This document shows, one piece after another, positions 30,873 through 38,236 of a DNA stretch of 64,000 bases. Source of the stretch: an uncultured Gemmatimonadales bacterium (GTDB taxonomy: Bacteria; Gemmatimonadota; Gemmatimonadetes; Palauibacterales; Palauibacteraceae); NCBI GenBank assembly GCA_963783385.1, contig CAWANJ010000002.1:192001-256000 (forward strand), written 5' to 3'. The position numbers and the translations under genes are program-made. The notes beneath the pieces are model-generated. The model saw only the letters and a program-made list of their open reading frames with translations. It was not told the DNA's origin and did no database searches. Each line of letters starts with the position of its first letter. Position 1 is the stretch's first letter.

Positions 30873-31373
30873 TCAGGCCCGCGGGCGCACCCGGCAGCGG
30901 CCCGTGAGCCCCGGGGACTCCTCGACCTCCACCACGATCTCGCTCGGGGCGCCGCCCGCAGTCTCGCCGAGGCGCTCCAGCAGCGCCTCCGCCAGGTGGG
31001 AGGCGAGCAGCTCGGCGCTCGTGTTGGCGATCGGGAGGACCACGACGTCCTCCAGGGGGAAGCTCATGCGCCGCTCCGGCGTCGTCACCGACACCGTGTC
31101 GCCCTCCTCGGCGAGTCGCAGGTGCGCGCTGCGTCCCGCCAGGAGCGTGCGGTGGTCGAGGGGCGCGAGCAGGGCCTCGATGGCGTCGCGCAGCACCAGG
31201 AAGTCGAGCACGAGGCCGTGCTCGTCGAGCTCGCCGCGGACGGTGACGGCGACCCGGTAGTTGTGGCCGTGGAGCGCCTCGCACTGCCCCCCGCCGTAGG
31301 TCAGGAAGTGGGCGGCGGCGAAGGCGTGGCGATCCCCGCGGACGGTGATCTCGAAGGATTCGCGTGGCTCCAT
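30873..31373 (-). CDS. queD: 6-pyruvoyl-tetrahydropterin synthase/QueD family (COG0720), PTPS-I/III motif
   Basis: FAAAHF, CEALHGHNY, LDHRTL, TSAELLA and VEESPG motifs. Confidence 0.85.
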   Translation of the reverse strand: MEPRESFEITVRGDRHAFAAAHFLTYGGGQCEALHGHNYRVAVTVRGELDEHGLVLDFLVLRDAIEALLAPLDHRTLLAGRSAHLRLAEEGDTVSVTTPERRMSFPLEDVVVLPIANTSAELLASHLAEALLERLGETAGGAPSEIVVEVEESPGLTGRCRVRPRA

Positions 31374-31617
31374 GAAACGTCGATCTCCGCGGCTCGGGGC
31401 GTCGGTCTCGGGTGACGGTGGACGATAGGGGAGCCGGACGAGACGGGCCAGCCGTTTCGCTCTTGCCACTCACGGCCCGGCAGCAGAAGCTGGGGGTGCG
31501 CCGGAGTTTGAAACGCGGGCGGCTCCCCGGCGTACTGTCTAGCGATGAGTCCACCTTGTCGGCACGGAGGCGACGATCGGCGGCAGCGGGCGGGTCGAGC
31601 ACGACCAGGGACGACAG

Positions 31618-32433
31618 GTGGCGAAGCGCGAGGCGCTGGCCCGGGTCCTGCGCTCGCTGGGAAGCGTCCTGGTCGCCTGCAGCGGCGGCGTCGACTCGGT
31701 GTTCCTGGCCCACGAGGCGGCACGCGTCCTGGGGCCGGCCCGAGCGCTGGCGGTCACGGGCATCAGTCCCTCCGTGGCCACGGATCAGCGCGACACGGCC
31801 GCCAGCGTGGCCCGACGCTTCGGCATTCCGTGGCGACGGCTGTGGACGCGGGAGATGGAGGATCCGCGCTACGTGGCCAACGATGGCCAGCGATGTTACC
31901 ACTGCAAGACCGAGCTGTATGGCCGCCTCGCGCGGCTCGCCCCGATCTGGGGCTACGCGGCCGTGGTGGACGGGGCCAACGCCGACGATGCCGACGACTA
32001 TCGTCCTGGCGCGCGCGCGGCGGTCGAGCACGGGGTGCGCTCGCCGCTCCGGGAGGCGGGCCTGGGAAAGGCGGACGTACGGGCCCTGTCGAGGCGGAAC
32101 GGGCTGCCCACGTGGGATGCGCCGGCCTCGCCTTGTCTGGCCAGTCGCCTGGCCTACGGGATCGAAGTCACGGAGGAGCGGCTGTGGCAGGTGGAACGGG
32201 CCGAGCGCATCCTCCGGGACATGGGCGAGCGGGGGGACCTCCGCGTGCGGCATCACGGCGGCGCGGCGCGCATCGAGATCGCCCCGGGCGAGCTGGCTCG
32301 GTGGAGCGACGTGCGGCGCTGTCGTCGGGCCGTCCGCGATCTGCGGTCGCTCGGCTTCGGGCGGGTCCTGCTCGACCTGGAGGGATACCGCCGGGGATCC
32401 CTGAACCGTGCGCTGGTGTCGATCGGCTCGTGA
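31618..32433 (+). CDS. larE: LarE-family ATP-dependent sulfur insertase
   Basis: SGGVDS PP-loop, RCYHCK, DGANADD..DYRPG, PCLASR and DLEGYRRGSLN motifs. Confidence 0.9.
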   Translation: MAKREALARVLRSLGSVLVACSGGVDSVFLAHEAARVLGPARALAVTGISPSVATDQRDTAASVARRFGIPWRRLWTREMEDPRYVANDGQRCYHCKTELYGRLARLAPIWGYAAVVDGANADDADDYRPGARAAVEHGVRSPLREAGLGKADVRALSRRNGLPTWDAPASPCLASRLAYGIEVTEERLWQVERAERILRDMGERGDLRVRHHGGAARIEIAPGELARWSDVRRCRRAVRDLRSLGFGRVLLDLEGYRRGSLNRALVSIGS

Positions 32434-32714
32434 GATGCTCGGACGGGACGACCGAAGAGCGGAGTCCGGCCGCGTCCGACCTGGAGCGCCACCTGGGCGA
32501 GCGCCTCGGGCTGGGAGCCCACCAGCTGGTGGTCGAGGCCGGGGGGCGGGAGCGTGAGATCGCGGTGTTGCGGGTCCCGGCGGCCGCCCTCGAGGCGCTG
32601 CTGGATCCCGAAGTCCGATCGGAAATCGTCGAGCGAGCCCGAGCCGCGGGCTTTCGGCACGCGGCCGTGGACCTGGACCTGGCCGGGGCGGAGCCGGCCA
32701 CCCCCGAGGCTTGA
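32430..32714 (+). CDS. Small protein resembling the LarE C-terminal domain
   Basis: GTGA overlap with the larE stop; EIAVLRVP..RSEIVERARAAGFRHAAVDL; ends just before thpR. Confidence 0.65.
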   Translation: MRCSDGTTEERSPAASDLERHLGERLGLGAHQLVVEAGGREREIAVLRVPAAALEALLDPEVRSEIVERARAAGFRHAAVDLDLAGAEPATPEA

Positions 32715-32725
32715 AAGGCGGTTCG

Positions 32726-33292
32726 ATGCGTCTGTTCATCGCGATCAACCCGCCCGCGGCGGTCCGCCAGCTCATCCACGATGGCACCGCGTCCCTCCGG
32801 GAGGCCGGCCTGCCGGCGCGCTGGGTGGACACGGACCAGCTCCACCTCACACTCAAGTTCCTGGGCGAGGTTCGGGAGCAGCGGTTGCCGGCCGTGACGG
32901 ATGCGCTCCTCGAGGCCGCCGCGGGATGTCCGCCCTTCGAGCTCCGGCTGGAGGGAGTCGGCGCTTTCCCGTCCCTGCGTCGGCCGCAGGTGATCTGGCT
33001 GGGTGTCGAGGCCACGCTGCCTCTCCGGGCGCTCAAGCACGACGTCGAACACGCGTTCGCGCAGCTGGGTATCGATCGCGAATCGCGCGCCTTCCACCCG
33101 CATCTGACGCTCGGCCGCGCGCGCGATCGAGCGCAGGCGGGGGAGTTCCGGGAGCTGGAACGGGTGGCGGCGCGCGTGGAGGTACGGGGCGGGTTCGAGG
33201 TCGAGGCGGTCGACCTCGTGCGCAGTCGTCTGGGGCCCGGCGGAACCCGCTATTCGGTCGAGGCATCGGCGCGCTTCGAGGTCGACGAGTGA
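32726..33292 (+). CDS. thpR: RNA 2',3'-cyclic phosphodiesterase (2H phosphoesterase, LigT-like)
   Basis: MRLFIA start and two HxT motifs (HLTLKFLG; HPHLTLGR). Confidence 0.92.
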   Translation: MRLFIAINPPAAVRQLIHDGTASLREAGLPARWVDTDQLHLTLKFLGEVREQRLPAVTDALLEAAAGCPPFELRLEGVGAFPSLRRPQVIWLGVEATLPLRALKHDVEHAFAQLGIDRESRAFHPHLTLGRARDRAQAGEFRELERVAARVEVRGGFEVEAVDLVRSRLGPGGTRYSVEASARFEVDE

Positions 33293-33322
33293 CGGCGCCG
33301 ACCCGCGTCGCGGAAGAGGTCG

Positions 33323-33967
33323 ATGCGATTCGTTCGTAGCTGCCTGGCCCGCATCGGCTGCCTGACGGTGGTCGTCCTGCTGGTGGGGGCCGCCTGGATC
33401 TGGCGCGGCCCCCTCCTGGCCTGGTGGCACGACCACGATCGGGCGGCCGTGGCCGAGGCGCCTTCCGCCGACCTGGCGCGGCGGACCGGGAAGAAGCTGG
33501 ACGACTTCCTCCGCGGACGGGGACCTTCTCGGGTCAGCTTCGACCAGGCCGAGCTCCAGAGCCTGGTGAGCTACCGGTACCTGGACTCGTTGCCACCCGG
33601 GCTCTCGGACCCCAGGATCACGCTCGGGGACTCCACCCTGGAGGCCAGCGCGGGACTCCAGGTCGAGCGGCTCATGCACGGCAAGACCCCGGACGCTCTC
33701 CGCAGCCTCCTGGGCGATTCGGCCCGGGCGAGCGCCGAGCTGCAGCCCTCCGTCGAGCGTCCGGGCGTGCTCGTGTTGGGCGTCCACCACGTGTCTGCCG
33801 GTGGACTGCCGATTCCGGACCTGATGGTCCCGTGGCTGCTCCAGCAGACGGGGTTGTCGAACGGAAAGGGCCGGGCTCGCACGGTGGCCCTCGCCGTGCC
33901 CCGGGACGTAGCGGCGGTCAGGGTGGTGAACGGGAGGCTGCAGCTCGAGCGCGGTCCGCCGCAGTGA
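33323..33967 (+). CDS. Hypothetical membrane-anchored protein
   Basis: N-terminal TM segment (IGCLTVVVLLVGAAWIW), RBS and operon position. Confidence 0.7.
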   Translation: MRFVRSCLARIGCLTVVVLLVGAAWIWRGPLLAWWHDHDRAAVAEAPSADLARRTGKKLDDFLRGRGPSRVSFDQAELQSLVSYRYLDSLPPGLSDPRITLGDSTLEASAGLQVERLMHGKTPDALRSLLGDSARASAELQPSVERPGVLVLGVHHVSAGGLPIPDLMVPWLLQQTGLSNGKGRARTVALAVPRDVAAVRVVNGRLQLERGPPQ

Positions 33968-34024
33968 TGAAGCTCCCGGGCGAGGCCCGGGACGAGACAC
34001 GAGAATCCATGAAAGAGAGACACA

Positions 34025-35515
34025 ATGCCCGATACGTTCCTGAACCACATCGACGGCGAATGGGTCCCGGCCGCGAGCGGCGAGACGTTCGAGAACCGCA
34101 ATCCGGCGCGCACCTCGGACCTCATCGGCCTGTTCCCTCGGTCCGCGGCCGAGGACGTGGAGCGAGCGGTCGCCTCCGCGCGGACCGGATTCGAGCGCTG
34201 GCGGCGCGTGCCCGCTCCCGAGCGGGGGCTCGTGCTGCAGCGCGCGGGCGAGCTCATGGTGGAGCTCAAGGAGGAGCTGGCCCGCGCCCAGACCCGCGAG
34301 ATGGGCAAGGTTCTCGAGGAGACACGGGGCGATGTTCAGGAGGCCATCGACACCGCGTTCTACGCCGCCAGCGAGGGTCGGCGGCTGTTCGGCCGAACCG
34401 TTCCGTCCGAGCTGCGCGACAAGTGGGCCATGAGCTTCCGCCGTCCGATCGGTGTGTTCGGGATCATCACACCCTTCAACTTTCCGACCGCGATCCCGAG
34501 CTGGAAGATCCTCCCGGCTCTCCTGTGCGGGAACGCCGTCGTGTTCAAGCCGGCCGAAGACGTGCCGCACTCGGCGCACCTGTTCGTAAAGGTGCTGCTC
34601 GAGGCCGGCGTGCCGCCCGAGTGCGTACAGCTCGTGAATGGACCGGGCTCGAGGGTCGGGAAGGCGATCGTCGAGCATCCCGACGTCGACGGCATCTCCT
34701 TCACCGGCTCGACCGCAACGGGATCGATCATCGCCTCGGCCGCGGGCCGCATGCACAAGCGGGTGTCGCTCGAGATGGGCGGCAAGAACGCCCAGATCGT
34801 CCTCCCCGACGCCGACCTCGACCTGGCCCTGGACGGTGTGCTGTGGGGCGCCTTCGGGACCACCGGTCAGCGCTGCACGGCCACGAGCCGACTCCTCCTC
34901 CACAGGGACGTGCACGACGAGTTCATCGAGCGCCTCCTCGAGGAGGTCGCCGGTCTCACGCTCGGCGACGGGTTCGAAGAGGGGACCGACGTGGGACCGC
35001 TGATCAACGCGGAAGCGCTCGAGAAGGTCGAGTCGTACGTGGAGATCGCGCGCGGCGAAGGTGTGCAGGTGAGGTGCGGCGGCGTCCGGGCCACGGACGG
35101 CGAGCTCGGCGAGGGGCACTTCTTCGAGCCGACGGTCCTCACGGGCGTCGAGCCGGGCATGAGGGTCGAGCAGGAGGAGATCTTCGGCCCCGTCCTCTCC
35201 GTGGTGGTCTTCGACGAGCTGGACGACGCGATCGCGATCAACAACGACGTGGAGTACGGGCTCTCGTCCTCCCTGTACACGCGCGACGTGCTCGCCGCCT
35301 TCCGGGCCATCGAACGGCTCGACAACGGGATCACCTACATCAACGCTCCCACCATCGGGGCGGAGGCCCACCTCCCGTTCGGTGGCGTCAAGGGCACCGG
35401 GAACGGGCACCGGGAAGGTGGATGGGAAGTGTACGAGTTCTACAGCGAGACGAAGGTGGCGTACGTGGACTACAGTGGCCGGCTGCAGCGGGCCCAGATC
35501 GACGTGTCCTGGTAG
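34025..35515 (+). CDS. NAD(P)-dependent aldehyde dehydrogenase
   Basis: ITPFNFP, FTGS, LEMGGKN, GQRCT, EEIFGP and PFGGVKGTG motifs. Confidence 0.95.
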   Translation: MPDTFLNHIDGEWVPAASGETFENRNPARTSDLIGLFPRSAAEDVERAVASARTGFERWRRVPAPERGLVLQRAGELMVELKEELARAQTREMGKVLEETRGDVQEAIDTAFYAASEGRRLFGRTVPSELRDKWAMSFRRPIGVFGIITPFNFPTAIPSWKILPALLCGNAVVFKPAEDVPHSAHLFVKVLLEAGVPPECVQLVNGPGSRVGKAIVEHPDVDGISFTGSTATGSIIASAAGRMHKRVSLEMGGKNAQIVLPDADLDLALDGVLWGAFGTTGQRCTATSRLLLHRDVHDEFIERLLEEVAGLTLGDGFEEGTDVGPLINAEALEKVESYVEIARGEGVQVRCGGVRATDGELGEGHFFEPTVLTGVEPGMRVEQEEIFGPVLSVVVFDELDDAIAINNDVEYGLSSSLYTRDVLAAFRAIERLDNGITYINAPTIGAEAHLPFGGVKGTGNGHREGGWEVYEFYSETKVAYVDYSGRLQRAQIDVSW

Positions 35516-35590
35516 GACCCGGGGGCGGCCGTGGAGCCGGGGGGCGCGGCGGGCGATGAGGGGACCGTGACGGGTGGGGCCGAACATCCG

Positions 35591-36379
35591 ATGGCCGTAT
35601 CGGGAACGGGTCTCGACGAGGAGGGTACCGCCGGCATGTCTCGTGACCAAGCGATCGGACCCGCGCGGGATCCGTCTCCCTCGCTGCTGCGGTGGGCCTG
35701 GGACTGGACCAAGACCATCGCCACCGCCGTCCTCATCTTCATGTTCGTCCGGGCGTTCGTGGTGGAGGCTTTCCAGATCCCCACCGGATCGATGGAGAAC
35801 ACCCTCCTGGTCGGCGACTTCCTCCTCGTGAACAAGGCCGCCTACGGTGCCGAGGTCCCCGGCACCGACCTCCGGCTGCCGGCCTTCGAGCGGCCCCGCC
35901 GGGGCGACGTGGTCGTGTTCCAGCCGCCCCCGGCGGCCGGGCAGTCGCCCTCCACCCGGTACGTGAAGCGCATCGTCGGCGTGCCGGGCGACACCCTGTC
36001 CATGCGGGGCGGCAAGCTCTTCCTGGACGGCAGCCGGGTGAGCGAGCCCTACGTGAAGCACATCCGGCCCTACCGGGACCCGAGCAATCCCAGCTTCCGG
36101 TGGCAGCGCCACTACCTCGTGAAGCCCGCCCGGGCCGCCCGCGGCTACCGTCCGACCCGGGACAACTGGGGTCCCATCGTGGTGCCGCCCGGGCGTTACT
36201 TCGTGATGGGTGACAACCGCGACAACTCCGAGGACTCACGCTACTGGGGCTTCGTGCCCCGTGACGCCATCCGGGGCAAACCGCTGGTCGTCTACTATTC
36301 CTACCGGGAGCGCAACCCCGCGGTGTTCCCGTGGCTCACGGAGATCCGCTGGGGACGCTTCCTGACGCCGATCCACTGA
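35591..36379 (+). CDS. lepB: Signal peptidase I
   Basis: IPTGSMENTL (Ser), YVKRIVG (Lys) and GDNRDNSEDSRYWG; alternative starts at 35531 or 35636. Confidence 0.95.
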   Translation: MAVSGTGLDEEGTAGMSRDQAIGPARDPSPSLLRWAWDWTKTIATAVLIFMFVRAFVVEAFQIPTGSMENTLLVGDFLLVNKAAYGAEVPGTDLRLPAFERPRRGDVVVFQPPPAAGQSPSTRYVKRIVGVPGDTLSMRGGKLFLDGSRVSEPYVKHIRPYRDPSNPSFRWQRHYLVKPARAARGYRPTRDNWGPIVVPPGRYFVMGDNRDNSEDSRYWGFVPRDAIRGKPLVVYYSYRERNPAVFPWLTEIRWGRFLTPIH

Positions 36380-36414
36380 CGCCGTCCCGCCGGGCGGCAG
36401 CTCGAGGGCCCCGC

Positions 36415-37158
36415 ATGACCGCAAATTCTCTCAGCTCCCGGGACGGGAGCCTGGAGCTCTACCTCCGCGACATCGCCCGCTCGGACCCGTTGCCCCGCGC
36501 CAGGGAAGCGGAGCTGGCACATCGGTGGAGGCAGGTCGGCGACCGCCAGGCGCTCGAGGCGCTCGTCCACGCCAACCTCCGGTTCGTCGTCTCGGTGGCC
36601 AAGCGCTACCGGAACCGGGGGCTGCCGCTGGAGGACCTGGTGAACGAAGGCAACCTCGGCCTCCTGCGGGCGGCGGAGCGCTTCGAGCCGGACCGCGGGG
36701 TGCGTTTCATCAGCTACGCCGTATGGTGGATCCGGCAGGCCATCCTCCGGGCCCTGTCCCGAGCGGAGGCTCCCGTGCTGCCCGAGTCCGGCCGGCCCCG
36801 GACCCGGCGGAGCGGCAGGGAAGACCGGCCGACCCGGCGGCTCCGGATCGTGTCGCTCGACGATCCTGCGGGAGACAGGGCCGGGGAGCGGCTGCGGGAT
36901 CTGGTGGCCGACGAGACGGTGCCATCTCCCGACGCGGGGCTCGAGCGTCGGCGCAGGCGCGACCGCATGGACGCACGCCTGGCCACGCTTCCCGAGCGGG
37001 AGGAGCGAGTGCTGCGGATGTATTTCGGCCTGGATGACGGCACGCCGACCGGGCTGGCCGAGATCGGCGCCGCCCTGGGCGTGAGCCGGGAGAGGGCCCG
37101 CCAGATCAAGGCAAGGGCCCTGGCTCGACTGGCGTCCGCGCCCCGCCCGCCAGCTTGA
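36415..37158 (+). CDS. Sigma-70 family factor (RpoD/RpoS-like regions 1.2, 2 and 4; region 3 largely missing)
   Basis: LELYLRDI, ANLRFVVSVAKRY, EGNLGL, FISYAVWWIRQAI and LAEIGAALGVSRERARQI motifs. Confidence 0.88.
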   Translation: MTANSLSSRDGSLELYLRDIARSDPLPRAREAELAHRWRQVGDRQALEALVHANLRFVVSVAKRYRNRGLPLEDLVNEGNLGLLRAAERFEPDRGVRFISYAVWWIRQAILRALSRAEAPVLPESGRPRTRRSGREDRPTRRLRIVSLDDPAGDRAGERLRDLVADETVPSPDAGLERRRRRDRMDARLATLPEREERVLRMYFGLDDGTPTGLAEIGAALGVSRERARQIKARALARLASAPRPPA

Positions 37159-37183
37159 CACACTCCATTCCCGTTCCTAGCTT
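37155..37183 (+). promoter_or_regulatory. Sigma70 promoter of the rplM operon
   Basis: TTGACA-N17-TAGCTT, about 130 nt upstream of rplM. Confidence 0.75.
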
Positions 37184-37208
37184 ACCGGGCTCCGAGTGGA
37201 GTGAGTCG

Positions 37209-37239
37209 ACCGCCCTGAACCGCGGGGCGGTTCGTTTTT
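37209..37239 (+). terminator. Terminator/attenuator hairpin in the rplM leader
   Basis: ACCGCCCTG-aaccg-CGGGGCGGT followed by TCGTTTTT. Confidence 0.55.
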
Positions 37240-37312
37240 GTCCTCGGCCGATGAGCGCCGGGCCGCGCCCGGCGAACCATGGCCGGGGCTCCGTGGCAAC
37301 GACCGCGATGAG

Positions 37313-37741
37313 ATGAAGACGTACAGCGTCAAGAAGGGCGAGATCGAGCGTACCTGGTACGTGGTCGACGCCCGGGACCAGATCCTGGGCCGGCTCGCGA
37401 CCCGGGTGGCCAGGGTGCTGCGGGGCAAGCACAAGCCCATCTATTCCCCGCACCTGGACGTGGGCGACTACGTGATCGTCGTCAACGCCCGGGACGTGAG
37501 GCTTACGGGCAAGAAGGCCGACACGAAGCGCTATTTTCGACACAGCGGCTTCATGGGCGGCGAGAAGCTCGTTCCGTTCAAGCGCATGCTGAGACGGAAG
37601 CCGGAATGGGTCATCGAGCGGGCGGTGAAGGGCATGCTGCCCAAGAACACTCTCGGCCGCCAGATGGCCAAGAAGTTGCGGGTCTACGCAGGCCCCGATC
37701 ACCCGCACGAGGCGCAGCTGCCCGAGCCCTTCGAGTTTTGA
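37313..37741 (+). CDS. rplM: 50S ribosomal protein L13
   Basis: [28 protein letters not shown] and VKGMLPKN motifs. Confidence 0.98.
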   Translation: MKTYSVKKGEIERTWYVVDARDQILGRLATRVARVLRGKHKPIYSPHLDVGDYVIVVNARDVRLTGKKADTKRYFRHSGFMGGEKLVPFKRMLRRKPEWVIERAVKGMLPKNTLGRQMAKKLRVYAGPDHPHEAQLPEPFEF

Positions 37742-37797
37742 GGCGCGCGCGATGCGTCCGTCGGTGAGGACGAACAGGGAACACGCACGGAGGAAAG

Positions 37798-38214
37798 TTG
37801 GCGGAGACGAGTAGCGGTCCCTCGAAGACCCGGCCCGTGCAGACGGTGGGTCGCCGCAAGGAAGCCGTGGCCCGGATCACTCTGCGACCCGGTTCCGGCC
37901 AGTGGGCCATCAACGGCCGGGAGGTTTCCGGCTACTTCTGCATTCTGCGGCATCGCCAGACCATCGAGGCCCCCCTCAAGGCTACGGACTCGGAGGGGAT
38001 CTACGACATTCTCGTCCGGGTGCGGGGCGGAGGGCTCACGGGCCAGGCGGACGCCGTGCAGCTCGGCGTGGCCCGAGCCCTGGTCGAGGTGGACGAGGAG
38101 CACCGACCCGCGCTTCGGGCCCGGGGCTTTTTGACGCGGGACGCCCGGGTGGTGGAGCGCAAGAAGCCCGGTCGCCCCAAGGCGCGCAAGCGCTTCCAGT
38201 TCTCCAAGCGCTGA
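37798..38214 (+). CDS. rpsI: 30S ribosomal protein S9
   Basis: GRRKEAVAR, GGGLTGQADA and ERKKPG..ARKRFQFSKR; TTG start after GGAGG. Confidence 0.98.
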   Translation: MAETSSGPSKTRPVQTVGRRKEAVARITLRPGSGQWAINGREVSGYFCILRHRQTIEAPLKATDSEGIYDILVRVRGGGLTGQADAVQLGVARALVEVDEEHRPALRARGFLTRDARVVERKKPGRPKARKRFQFSKR

Positions 38215-38236
38215 TCCAAGCACTGGACGAGAATCG

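Noticed and set aside
31428-31528. tRNA-Sec, ZTP riboswitch or hammerhead identity for the intergenic structure
   Set aside because: TTCAAA and GTTTGAAAC resemble anticodon and T loops but the stems do not form; the ZTP 3' GCCTGGGC and the hammerhead CTGANGA are absent. Kept only as an unknown-RNA candidate.
29551-33036. 1161-aa minus-strand ORF
   Set aside because: Only the last 207 aa (MarC) are real; the rest overlaps pabA, queD and larE in other frames.
32168-36112. 1314-aa minus-strand ORF
   Set aside because: Antisense shadow of thpR, the aldehyde dehydrogenase and lepB; stop-poor frames are expected at this GC content and it has no motifs.
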